Of a stretch of 64,000 nt of DNA, positions 16,319 through 23,820 are shown in pieces (the first letter of the stretch is position 1; each line of letters starts with the position of its first letter). Source of the DNA: a virus. The translations under genes were made by a program, and so were the position numbers. The stretch lies in the IMG/VR virus record IMGVR_UViG_3300002042_000001, positions 1 through 64,000 of that record; one strand, written 5' to 3'. The notes below the pieces were generated by a model. It was given only the letters and a program-made list of their open reading frames with translations. It searched no databases and was not told where the DNA came from.

Positions 16319-16597
16319 ATGCTTTTAGACACTATCACAGATCAAGAGACGCGCTTCACCATTGCAGACTTTGGTGATGGCGAAATCGGAATTATCGACA
16401 CCGATGATGCGCTGGAAAGCACAGACGTACCGTGGACGATTGAAATGTGGCAAGATCACGCTCACAACGGATGCGGAGCTAGCAACTGGCAACTTGATGC
16501 GCACAATCGCACACTCGACTTGGAATTCTGTAGCTCACGATCAATGACGACCGAAGAGTGGGATGACTTTCAAGATCACTTGGAAGAAATCGCATGA
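16319..16597 (+). CDS. acidic hypothetical protein
   Basis: ORF track 92 aa. Confidence 0.6.
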   Translation: MLLDTITDQETRFTIADFGDGEIGIIDTDDALESTDVPWTIEMWQDHAHNGCGASNWQLDAHNRTLDLEFCSSRSMTTEEWDDFQDHLEEIA

Positions 16598-17187
16598 ACA
16601 TTGACGAAATACGCCGCAGCAGTTACCGAAACTTTCACACGCGAGGGCTCGACTACGTTTGCCTAAGTCGTGGTGACAGTCTGACTGTGAAGGCGTATTT
16701 CATTCATGGTGACGTGACAGACGCACCAGAGCTTGTAGTGCCACACAATCATCGGTACGACTTCACCACACAGGTGTTGGATGGGCAAGTAAGTAACCAG
16801 ACATTCGACATGACCAACGGCGATGGCGTGCAGCTATTCGACTACCGCACACCGCTCAATGGTGGCGATGGTTTTACGTGGGTTGATGAATGCGGTCTCG
16901 AAGTGGCAGATGATATCTGCTATCACAAGGGTGAAACCTATCACCAGCGAGCGCATGAAATCCACACGCTGAAATTGCACAGCAAAGATACGGTGCTTAT
17001 ATTGTACCAGTTTGAAGACGTGTTGGATTTAAGCGAACCGTCGCAGTCATTTAGGATTGGTGACGGTAAAGAGCTACCGAATATGGATGGGCTCTATGAT
17101 GAATTCTCTAACGATCAGATCATGCAGCGGCTTGCACGATTGCGTCACCTTGGCTTCGAAACGAGACTATTAGATGGTTATGCGTGA
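16594..17187 (+). CDS. hypothetical protein (His-rich, possibly cupin-like)
   Basis: ORF track 197 aa, ATGA coupling. Confidence 0.6.
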   Translation: MNIDEIRRSSYRNFHTRGLDYVCLSRGDSLTVKAYFIHGDVTDAPELVVPHNHRYDFTTQVLDGQVSNQTFDMTNGDGVQLFDYRTPLNGGDGFTWVDECGLEVADDICYHKGETYHQRAHEIHTLKLHSKDTVLILYQFEDVLDLSEPSQSFRIGDGKELPNMDGLYDEFSNDQIMQRLARLRHLGFETRLLDGYA

Positions 17188-17204
17188 CAGAGAAGTTATC
17201 GAAT

Positions 17205-17315
17205 ATGATGGGTACTTATGGTCACCATATCAAACCTTACCAGCTACGCAAGAGCATTGAGCTTGACGAGCTTCTTAAATCGCACGGAGACGAAGATAAT
17301 TGGGGATTGTACTAG
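17205..17315 (+). CDS. 36-aa protein ending ...GDEDNWGLY
   Basis: ATG 17205; shares the C-terminal W-G tail motif. Confidence 0.4.
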   Translation: MMGTYGHHIKPYQLRKSIELDELLKSHGDEDNWGLY

Positions 17316-17352
17316 CCACTGGTGGTAACCGTTAGCGTCTGCTAACACAATA

Positions 17353-17565
17353 ATGAAAGTGAAGAAACGAATGGAACAAGACGTAGAGCAAGAATTGTGC
17401 GACGAGTTGGCAGCGTGGTGCAAGAAGAACGGGCTACCTGAAAGCGACCTTGATCGCTTGATGACTAGCGAAGGGCTCACCGACGATCAATACGAATGGC
17501 TCACCAAATACTCGGTGCGCTGGAACGAAATGATCGACGAGCAATACGGTTTAATGCCAGCATAG
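17353..17565 (+). CDS. hypothetical protein
   Basis: ORF track 70 aa. Confidence 0.55.
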   Translation: MKVKKRMEQDVEQELCDELAAWCKKNGLPESDLDRLMTSEGLTDDQYEWLTKYSVRWNEMIDEQYGLMPA

Positions 17566-17574
17566 GAGATAACA

Positions 17575-17991
17575 ATGGCAACAGAAGCACAAATTCAAGC
17601 CTCAATCGAAAGATCGCAGGCTAAAAAGCAACCAAAGGCGGAATTCAGCAACGCTGACTTGCTCGCTGATAGCGGTCTTAGCATCGCGCACTTCCAACGG
17701 GAAGACACCCCGTTGCTGCGCGACATGACGGTGGCGTATGATTGTCAATACGACAATATCATCACCATGGCGACCGCAGTATGTCACCGCAAGGACACGT
17801 TCTGCAAGAAATTCGGTACGCGTACGGCTATCGAAAACTTCCAGGCTGGTGAAGTAATTCGCATGCCACGTGACCGTTCGGTTACCGCATACCAGCAGAT
17901 CGGTCTTATGGTAGGTGCAATGATGCGTTCGCCAGAAGGTATGATGGATGCTATCCGCAAGGATATCTTCGAAGGGCGGTTTGACCGATGA
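17575..17991 (+). CDS. hypothetical protein
   Basis: ORF track 138 aa; GGAG before ATG. Confidence 0.65.
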   Translation: MATEAQIQASIERSQAKKQPKAEFSNADLLADSGLSIAHFQREDTPLLRDMTVAYDCQYDNIITMATAVCHRKDTFCKKFGTRTAIENFQAGEVIRMPRDRSVTAYQQIGLMVGAMMRSPEGMMDAIRKDIFEGRFDR

Positions 17992-18332
17992 ACGAAGATG
18001 ATGGCGTTGAAAACGTAGAAATTCTCGGTACGCATAACGTCGCAACCGATGGCCCATTCAAAGCATCTATGAGCGTATTGCTGATCGGTGTGGAAGGTGA
18101 GTACGAAGGTTACGACGCATGGGCAGAGATTGACCTGCCGGTGGGTATGCGACCGTCAGACGAGAAGCTTGAAGAAATGTTGGCGTGCGCCCTTGAGCAA
18201 GCTCCTGGCTTTCGTCTCGCAACGCGCAAAGAATTCATGCAACGTATCTTGGCTGAACGCACAGGTGCGGACGTGAATTTCAGTGTCCCAGGTCCGACTG
18301 AGTTTCGGTTGAAAGCGAAGGTTGATGGGTGA
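17988..18332 (+). CDS. hypothetical protein
   Basis: ORF track 114 aa, ATGA coupling. Confidence 0.6.
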   Translation: MNEDDGVENVEILGTHNVATDGPFKASMSVLLIGVEGEYEGYDAWAEIDLPVGMRPSDEKLEEMLACALEQAPGFRLATRKEFMQRILAERTGADVNFSVPGPTEFRLKAKVDG

Positions 18333-18669
18333 CGATGGTTTTATAGACTATACCAAGCCAATTTTTGACGATCAGGGTTTTCGCCTTTGCATTGTTAAGG
18401 TTGAGCTTCAAGATGGACAGTCTGTGACTATACCTGATACGGTGGAAAATAAGACTTTATGCATGTACATTGAAGAAGGTACGTCATTTGCTTTAGGGTA
18501 CTGGGCGTCAAATAACCGAACGTTAGACTACGCTTGGTTTGACTCTTGGGGTAATATGCATGATGTTAACAGCGCGAACGTAGGTGGGGAGTACCCTACT
18601 GGACCGATTACAAACGAGGATAAAAGTATGATTGACGCAGATAAGAATCCTCTTTGGGGTTTGATGTAA
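18325..18669 (+). CDS. hypothetical protein, C-terminal ...KNPLWGLM
   Basis: ORF track (TTG 18322 / ATG 18325). Confidence 0.6.
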   Translation: MGDDGFIDYTKPIFDDQGFRLCIVKVELQDGQSVTIPDTVENKTLCMYIEEGTSFALGYWASNNRTLDYAWFDSWGNMHDVNSANVGGEYPTGPITNEDKSMIDADKNPLWGLM

Positions 18670-18878
18670 TGAATAAAGCGCCACCCTTTGATGAAGCTCT
18701 GGTACGGCAGCGTTTGAAAACGCGTCACAGGGTGGCGTTAAACGTCATCAAGTTGCACTCTTGGGCGCCGAATGTGTTGATGTATTTCGTCCGCGAAAAA
18801 CTTATGATGGTCGATATGGATAAGGGTGGTAACCTAATGGGTACATCGCAAATCTGTCACGGCTTAGTTGAGCAATGA
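18669..18878 (+). CDS. hypothetical protein
   Basis: TAATG-coupled ATG 18669; contains class II-like box 18711-18727. Confidence 0.55.
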   Translation: MNKAPPFDEALVRQRLKTRHRVALNVIKLHSWAPNVLMYFVREKLMMVDMDKGGNLMGTSQICHGLVEQ

Positions 18879-18952
18879 TATCAATGGGTTAAGGCGTATT
18901 GGCTTTACAGTACGTTTACAGATCGTAACCGCTTTGGGAGTTATTTGTAAAC

Positions 18953-19132
18953 ATGGCAAGGAAGAAACCAAGACAGCGTTTCAAGAAGGTGAATAGTCAA
19001 GACTTGAAAGATCGCCGCAAGAGGTTCGCGGTGCGCAGAAAGGGCGCTCGCAAGTCAACCCTCGAAGAGCTAAACAAGCTCGACGAAGCAATCGCGGCGG
19101 AAGAGAATAACCCTGACTGGGGAATGTTCTAG
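18953..19132 (+). CDS. 59-aa protein, basic N-terminus, C-terminal ...NNPDWGMF
   Basis: ATG 18953 to TAG 19130-19132; just below ORF-track cutoff. Confidence 0.55.
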   Translation: MARKKPRQRFKKVNSQDLKDRRKRFAVRRKGARKSTLEELNKLDEAIAAEENNPDWGMF

Positions 19133-19136
19133 CCTG

Positions 19137-19165
19137 TTGCAACGCAGCATGCGAGTCGCTAATCA
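19137..19165 (+). promoter_or_regulatory. sigma70-like promoter TTGCAA-17-TAATCA
   Basis: followed by leader ACGAAAGGTTTTTAAC with ATC at the usual ATG position. Confidence 0.4.
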
Positions 19166-19280
19166 GGTTGCAACACAACGAAAGGTTTTTAACATCGAAA
19201 AATTAGCACAGGTAGTAGGTGGCGTAATCGGTCTCGGTGTCGCGTATCTTCTTATACAAACATTCTTTTGGATTAACTGA
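19149..19280 (+). CDS. small TM protein; start ambiguous (ATG 19149 without SD, or ATC 19194 at leader start position)
   Basis: frame ...IEKLAQVVGGVIGLGVAYLLIQTFFWIN, TGA overlaps ATG 19280. Confidence 0.3.
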   Translation: MRVANQVATQRKVFNIEKLAQVVGGVIGLGVAYLLIQTFFWIN

Positions 19281-19573
19281 TGACAGAAAGTCTTCATAAA
19301 TTCTGCGACCGCTACGGCTTAGATATAGCGCAGTTTGATAAGTTGTTCGCCAACCTCAAGCTAAACAAACCATATCAGGTCGATTGGTTGATGCAGTTTC
19401 ACCACCCAACGGTGCAGCGGGCTCTCGAAGAAGATATTACGGCGTTGCGAATGATACGTGACGATTATCGTAGGGCTGATGCGCAAGGTGACTTCATCGC
19501 CGCGCACCAGAATTGGAAAGCTGAAGTTGAGGCTATGAAAGATGAAGAAAACCCTCTATGGGGTCTATTGTAG
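19280..19573 (+). CDS. hypothetical protein, C-terminal ...EENPLWGLL
   Basis: ORF track 97 aa. Confidence 0.6.
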   Translation: MTESLHKFCDRYGLDIAQFDKLFANLKLNKPYQVDWLMQFHHPTVQRALEEDITALRMIRDDYRRADAQGDFIAAHQNWKAEVEAMKDEENPLWGLL

Positions 19574-19582
19574 GAGAATGAC

Positions 19583-19681
19583 ATGGGTTGTTTAGGTATT
19601 ATTGTGGTAATAGCCATCGCGCTGACTGGCGATTGGTCATGGTGGTGGTTCCTGGCTTTTGCGTTAGCGCTGCTCGACTGA
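19583..19681 (+). CDS. 32-aa Trp-rich TM peptide
   Basis: AGGAG 6 nt before ATG 19583; same frame as upstream gene across its TAG. Confidence 0.45.
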   Translation: MGCLGIIVVIAIALTGDWSWWWFLAFALALLD

Positions 19682-19691
19682 TCGAACCCAC

Positions 19692-19720
19692 TTGCAGGCG
19701 CTACCTGATCGGTGCATAAG
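19692..19720 (+). promoter_or_regulatory. class I-like promoter TTGCAG-17-CATAAG after AACCCAC
   Basis: leader GCACGACAAACGAAAGATAAGATG downstream. Confidence 0.45.
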
Positions 19721-19745
19721 AATCGCACGACAAACGAAAGATAAG

Positions 19746-20006
19746 ATGATGAACGAGAATTTAAGAAACGGATTGATTACAGCATGCATAGTTGCATTGG
19801 CTTTTTGGTTCTTTTCAGATAAACCTGAACCAGAACCGCTACCACTCGGTGAGCCATACGTACCAGTTTACGCGGCGCCGGCACATGATTACAGCGCTGA
19901 GATACGCGCTAACAATCGCACGATGCAAGACATTTGCATTCAAACGGGCGCAGCGTGTGACGCAGCAGCGGTTACGCAAGGTCAGGTTGATCGGCTGGGA
20001 CAATGA
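19746..20006 (+). CDS. membrane-anchored hypothetical protein
   Basis: ATG 19746 at leader spacing; TM ITACIVALAFWFF. Confidence 0.6.
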   Translation: MMNENLRNGLITACIVALAFWFFSDKPEPEPLPLGEPYVPVYAAPAHDYSAEIRANNRTMQDICIQTGAACDAAAVTQGQVDRLGQ

Positions 20007-20254
20007 ACTTATCACAAGCAGCTATTGCAGCAATCGCAAACGACGATCTGGATGATGCAGTACGACCGATACAAGATTGCTTCGGCGTCGAGAGCGGTGA
20101 TACTGCGAGTGAATACTTTTCAAATCTTGAAGGTGATGACCCTAATTCAGTTTGGCGTAATTTAGAATATGATGAACGCCGCGCGCATATTATTGCTTAC
20201 ATCAAGCTTGAAGTGATATGGCTCGACACTGGTGAGACGTGCTATGAAAGCTAG
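20003..20254 (+). CDS. acidic hypothetical protein
   Basis: ORF track 83 aa, ATGA coupling. Confidence 0.6.
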   Translation: MNLSQAAIAAIANDDLDDAVRPIQDCFGVESGDTASEYFSNLEGDDPNSVWRNLEYDERRAHIIAYIKLEVIWLDTGETCYES

Positions 20255-20417
20255 TCGGTGGCAACGTAAGCAAAATCCAAAAATGGTTCGCGACCCAAGA
20301 AAAGATGTCGAAACCGTAGAGCAGCGCGAAGCGCGCATAAAAGTAAAATTGAAGCAAAAGCTGGCGCGAGAACGTGAAGAACAACGCGAAGAGCTTATAG
20401 AGGTGGCTTTATTTTAA
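20244..20417 (+). CDS. basic coiled-coil protein ending ...EVALF
   Basis: ORF 20232-20417; ATG 20244. Confidence 0.5.
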   Translation: MKASRWQRKQNPKMVRDPRKDVETVEQREARIKVKLKQKLAREREEQREELIEVALF

Positions 20418-20422
20418 CCCAC

Positions 20423-20450
20423 TTTGCGAATCGTTATTGTCTGTTATTGT
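20423..20450 (+). promoter_or_regulatory. class I promoter TTTGCG-16-TATTGT after AACCCAC
   Basis: element begins at stop codon; leader ACGAAAGGTAAGACAGTG. Confidence 0.5.
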
Positions 20451-20480
20451 GCTTACATCGACAAAACGAAAGGTAAGACA

Positions 20481-20825
20481 GTGACCGTGGAATATAAAAC
20501 TAGAGTCGAGCAGAACGGCATCGCTTTGCAGGTCGCAAAGATAGCATCCAATACTTATATCAAAATTGTTCGCCTAAGTGATAGTGTTGTTATACGGTCA
20601 TTTAATGATGGGCCGTATATCGGCAAACTACGCCCGCTTTATCAGCTATTCAAAGATAGGTGCACCATGTCACTAGAGGGCAGCATTCTAAATATGAGCA
20701 AAGAACAAAAAATCTGCGCACAATCCATCGCTAATATCGTGCACCGCAATGAATATACGGACTATGTATTGAATAACAGTGGAGCTATCTTCTACCCTAT
20801 GGGTGGTGGATTGAGAAGAGTGTAA
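20481..20825 (+). CDS. hypothetical protein (GTG start at leader position)
   Basis: ORF 20424-20825 trimmed to GTG 20481. Confidence 0.55.
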   Translation: MTVEYKTRVEQNGIALQVAKIASNTYIKIVRLSDSVVIRSFNDGPYIGKLRPLYQLFKDRCTMSLEGSILNMSKEQKICAQSIANIVHRNEYTDYVLNNSGAIFYPMGGGLRRV

Positions 20826-20827
20826 CT

Positions 20828-20992
20828 ATGGTTTGGATTTATCGCAAGAATGATAACTATGAGCTTGCTTGGCACAAAGGCGAGCAAGAGTGGGTTGATG
20901 CTACGTGGGATTTCCCCACTACCTACAATGATGTAACACAACCGTGCGCAGATGTACCTGACGGCGGAGAATGGGTGGAAATACCAGAATGA
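20828..20992 (+). CDS. 54-aa hypothetical protein
   Basis: ATG 20828; TGA overlaps next ATG (ATGA). Confidence 0.45.
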   Translation: MVWIYRKNDNYELAWHKGEQEWVDATWDFPTTYNDVTQPCADVPDGGEWVEIPE

Positions 20993-21363
20993 AAAAGATA
21001 TTCAACATTGATCGAGCCGCAGTCGAAAAGATGATCGCCTGGGCTGAAAAGCAAAGCGATGATATACCGCGTGAGGGTTGCTCATATTCCGCACCGTGCG
21101 TGGTTGGTTCGGCGTTTCCGCCAGCGGTGATCGATCACGTAACTTCCACCTACACCGACGGCGGGAAAGAGGCAGTTGGTGAAGATTCCTGTCTATTGGA
21201 TAACTTTTGCATTGGTAATCTCATTGGGAATAGGTACGCCAATATATCAATCGACGACGACGTGCAGTTGGGTTACCTACAGCGCGCACAGGGTTATTTT
21301 GATGGTGGTAATTCAATGAGTGAAGTTATCGATAATCTGAGAAAAGCAATTGGAACACTGTAA
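20989..21363 (+). CDS. hypothetical protein
   Basis: ATG 20989 within ORF 20971-21363. Confidence 0.6.
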   Translation: MKKIFNIDRAAVEKMIAWAEKQSDDIPREGCSYSAPCVVGSAFPPAVIDHVTSTYTDGGKEAVGEDSCLLDNFCIGNLIGNRYANISIDDDVQLGYLQRAQGYFDGGNSMSEVIDNLRKAIGTL

Positions 21364-21366
21364 GTT

Positions 21367-21504
21367 GTGAACGCACAAGGTGCAAATGCAGCGCGTGTGA
21401 AATGGTTAGAAGTACGCGTTTCGGAACTACAAAAAGAGGTTAGAGACCTCAAAGAGCGTTTAGCGTATGCAGAAGGTGTAGAATTTGAATCAATGGTTGG
21501 TTAA
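21367..21504 (+). CDS. 45-aa coiled-coil peptide (GTG start)
   Basis: open frame GTG 21367 to TAA 21502-21504. Confidence 0.3.
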   Translation: MNAQGANAARVKWLEVRVSELQKEVRDLKERLAYAEGVEFESMVG

Positions 21505-21546
21505 TTAGTCTATTGTGTTGCGCGTTCATTCGTGTATTGTGTCTTT

Positions 21547-21777
21547 ATGACCAAAAAGAAAATTAAGGTAGGCGATAGCGTCAAGGTTAAATATGAGGGT
21601 AAACTTGTATACGGCTCGATAACCAATGTGGATAATTTCTCTGAAAAGACGTTGTACGAGGTAACAATGGAAGGTGGTGTAAAGGAATATGCATATTACT
21701 GGGAAGAAGAATTCCTAGATCATTTCGAAGAAGTGCAGATATTTGTGAACCCAGACAAGAATGAGGCTTTATTCTAA
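21547..21777 (+). CDS. hypothetical protein ending ...NEALF
   Basis: ATG 21547 in ORF 21532-21777. Confidence 0.55.
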   Translation: MTKKKIKVGDSVKVKYEGKLVYGSITNVDNFSEKTLYEVTMEGGVKEYAYYWEEEFLDHFEEVQIFVNPDKNEALF

Positions 21778-21782
21778 CCCAC

Positions 21783-21811
21783 TTCACAAATCAGGAGCAA
21801 CGCGGTAAAAG
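21783..21811 (+). promoter_or_regulatory. class I promoter TTCACA-17-TAAAAG after AACCCAC
   Basis: leader TGAAAGGTAAGAACA followed by ATA. Confidence 0.45.
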
Positions 21812-21845
21812 GTGAGCGTTAAGACAAATATGAAAGGTAAGAACA

Positions 21846-22220
21846 ATAGGTACAAGATCACTAATATGCTTGGTTGAAGACGCAAGCATCAAAGGAATTT
21901 ACTGTCACTAGGATGGATATCCTGACCATAATGGCGCAATTCTCAAAGAACACTACCAGAATGAAGAAAAAGTCCGAGAGCTTATTGCGCTTGGTGGTAT
22001 CTCTTCGCTCGGACCTAACATTGGTATTAAGCACGATTTTAACAATAGCAACGAAGAGCCGTTCAAAGATATGGTAACGGCTTATGGCAGAGATAGAGGT
22101 GGCGGTGTCAATATAAGCTCTTTTTCAACCAAAAAGCAAGCCCGACAGTTTGCCGCCGAAATGTGGTGCGAGTATATCTATTTTTATAAAGATGGTAAGT
22201 GGACACATAGCAGGGTGTAA
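21846..22220 (+). pseudogene. 124-codon gene with ATA at the leader start position and in-frame TAG at 21909-21911
   Basis: IGTRSLICLVEDASIKGIYCH-TAG-DGYPDHNGAILKEHY...; single open frame to TAA 22218-22220. Confidence 0.55.
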
Positions 22221-22228
22221 TTACCATC

Positions 22229-22257
22229 TTTACGAATCGCATAATTTCCTGCATTAA
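22229..22257 (+). promoter_or_regulatory. class I-like promoter TTTACG-17-CATTAA
   Basis: leader GCACGACAAAAACGAAAGGTAAGAACAATG. Confidence 0.4.
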
Positions 22258-22288
22258 GGTTGCACGACAAAAACGAAAGGTAAGAACA

Positions 22289-22498
22289 ATGGCAGTATTC
22301 ACACTAGATAGCGACCAACGCAGGTTACTGGCGGATTGCATATCTATAGGGTATGAAGGTGCATTAGTAGAAGATGACTTAGCCCAAAACGATGATACCA
22401 TTGCAAGCATGATGGATGAACTTGAAGCGTCAAACCGTACAATCGAAATCACTATAATGCCGGTGGGTGCAGTCAACTTACATGATCGGGTAGAATGA
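22289..22498 (+). CDS. hypothetical protein
   Basis: ORF track 69 aa, conserved leader. Confidence 0.6.
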   Translation: MAVFTLDSDQRRLLADCISIGYEGALVEDDLAQNDDTIASMMDELEASNRTIEITIMPVGAVNLHDRVE

Positions 22499-22695
22499 TG
22501 GACCTTCTAGCTATACCGCTAACCAGACCATGTGGGTTTCTCACTGACAGGCAGGATGAGGCACTACAGGCTGCGGCTAAACCGTATGCAGTAGACAAAG
22601 ATGCTTCATGGGGTGAAATTGCAACCGAAGCAGAAGATGACGGTGAGTATCGATTGGCTGATCTGATACGTAGCTGGTACACGTGGGGTTGCTGA
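22495..22695 (+). CDS. hypothetical protein
   Basis: ORF track 66 aa, ATGA coupling. Confidence 0.55.
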   Translation: MMDLLAIPLTRPCGFLTDRQDEALQAAAKPYAVDKDASWGEIATEAEDDGEYRLADLIRSWYTWGC

Positions 22696-22698
22696 ATA

Positions 22699-22851
22699 AT
22701 GTATAACAAAGAAATTGCAGAGCATATCAAAGATGCATGGGAAGAGGGTATTTGTGATGGGCTCGATATAGATGATGTCAGCGTGGTTGATTATCTATGG
22801 GAAGATAGTATTGCTAAAAAGATGTACGATCAGTTAATAAAGACAGGCTAA
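22699..22851 (+). CDS. 50-aa acidic hypothetical protein
   Basis: ATG 22699 to TAA 22849-22851. Confidence 0.4.
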   Translation: MYNKEIAEHIKDAWEEGICDGLDIDDVSVVDYLWEDSIAKKMYDQLIKTG

Positions 22852-23213
22852 TGGTATTCGTGTGATACCCTAAATGTTGGTGTAATTTCCCAACATGCTA
22901 AATAGTAGGATGGTGCGCTAATAGTTAGGCGGTCTATTTGCACACTTTCTTCGTGTCAATCAAGCAATCAATTTTCTCTTATACACGTGGGGTTTGTCGA
23001 AAAACGCCTATTTTCCTTCCACAAGAGGGAAGGAACCCATGGCTCACCCATGGGATGAGTCACATTGGCAGCGTAAACGCCATGGGTGTTATCAAACCTC
23101 GGACTATAGCCATCACATTCATAGGATTTGTATCACCCATAGTCCATCGAATGCAGGCGTTACACACGGTCCATGGGTTTCAGGCTCCCACGCTATACAT
23201 TCATCGAAGCCGC

Positions 23214-23242
23214 TAGACAACTCACAACCGCACAGCTATAAG
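23214..23242 (+). promoter_or_regulatory. sigma70 promoter TAGACA-17-TATAAG
   Basis: 5/6 matches in both hexamers, 17-nt spacer, about 43 nt upstream of ATG 23285. Confidence 0.6.
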
Positions 23243-23284
23243 CAATGCAACAGAGCGACAAACACGAACACAGGAAGAAAGATT

Positions 23285-23593
23285 ATGGACCTTTTCAAAT
23301 CAATTATGACCGCTGCTCACGAAAGCGATAGCATCTCTGCACTCAACATTGTTGCGGCGTCAATCGGTGTCGAAATCCCTGACGATGCAGTTGCCAAAGC
23401 AGAAGCAGAAAGCGACGACAACAATTGGGCCAATGCAAGCTATGAAGATCGCGTTGCCACCATGATGCGTTCAGCGGGTCTGATTGTCACCACCATCCTT
23501 CCAGTCACCTATTTGATGCAGAAGATGCAAGCAGCGGCGGATGACGATGCACCTGACGGTGATACACCATCGAGCGAAGTGGGTGTCAGCTAA
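23285..23593 (+). CDS. hypothetical protein (102 aa, C-terminal TM-like segment, acidic tail)
   Basis: AGGAAG before ATG 23285; downstream part of ORF 22994-23593. Confidence 0.6.
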   Translation: MDLFKSIMTAAHESDSISALNIVAASIGVEIPDDAVAKAEAESDDNNWANASYEDRVATMMRSAGLIVTTILPVTYLMQKMQAAADDDAPDGDTPSSEVGVS

Positions 23594-23646
23594 CACCAGT
23601 TTGTCGAGCGCCACCGTTTGATTACCTTTCTCGCGGGGGCAAGCGG

Positions 23647-23698
23647 GAAAACCCGCCACGAGAGCTACCAAGCATCGTCGGCGGGTTTTCTTCGTCTT
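23647..23698 (+). terminator. rho-independent terminator with competing upstream hairpin
   Basis: gaaaacccgcc (23647-57) / ggcgggttttc (23680-90) + ttttcttcgtctt; 23643-23656 gcggg-aaaa-cccgc shares the same strand. Confidence 0.55.
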
Positions 23699-23788
23699 AA
23701 TTCCAATTGCCCATGGGTCTGCGCTGTTTATGGCTGCGCCAACGCGCTTGCCCCTTGTGCCCTTGGAATTAACCCTCAGACCCATGGG
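23697..23788. repeat. interleaved inverted repeats X-Y-X'-Y'
   Basis: X ttaattccaa 23697-706 / X' 23763-772; Y cccatgggtctg 23710-721 / Y' 23777-788. Confidence 0.85.
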
Positions 23789-23797
23789 AAAGGAATT

Positions 23798-23820
23798 GGT
23801 ACGGCAGCAAAGACATATAT
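23798..23820 (+). promoter_or_regulatory. class II box GGTACGGCAGCAAAGACATATAT
   Basis: copy of the GGTACGGCAGC..CATATA element. Confidence 0.45.

Noticed and set aside
19571-19585. Read-through fusion of 19280-19573 with the TM peptide 19583-19681 (same frame across TAG)
   Set aside because: A same-frame arrangement has a one-in-three chance of arising. The peptide has its own strong AGGAG-N6-ATG. A fusion would also bury the WGLL tail that is C-terminal in seven other proteins.
22938-23284. N-terminal extension of ORF 22994-23593 and ORF 22938-23216
   Set aside because: The translation is His/Ser/Pro/Trp-rich and non-protein-like. The stretch contains four CCATGG sites and a good promoter (23214-23242). 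A proper SD and ATG sit at 23285.
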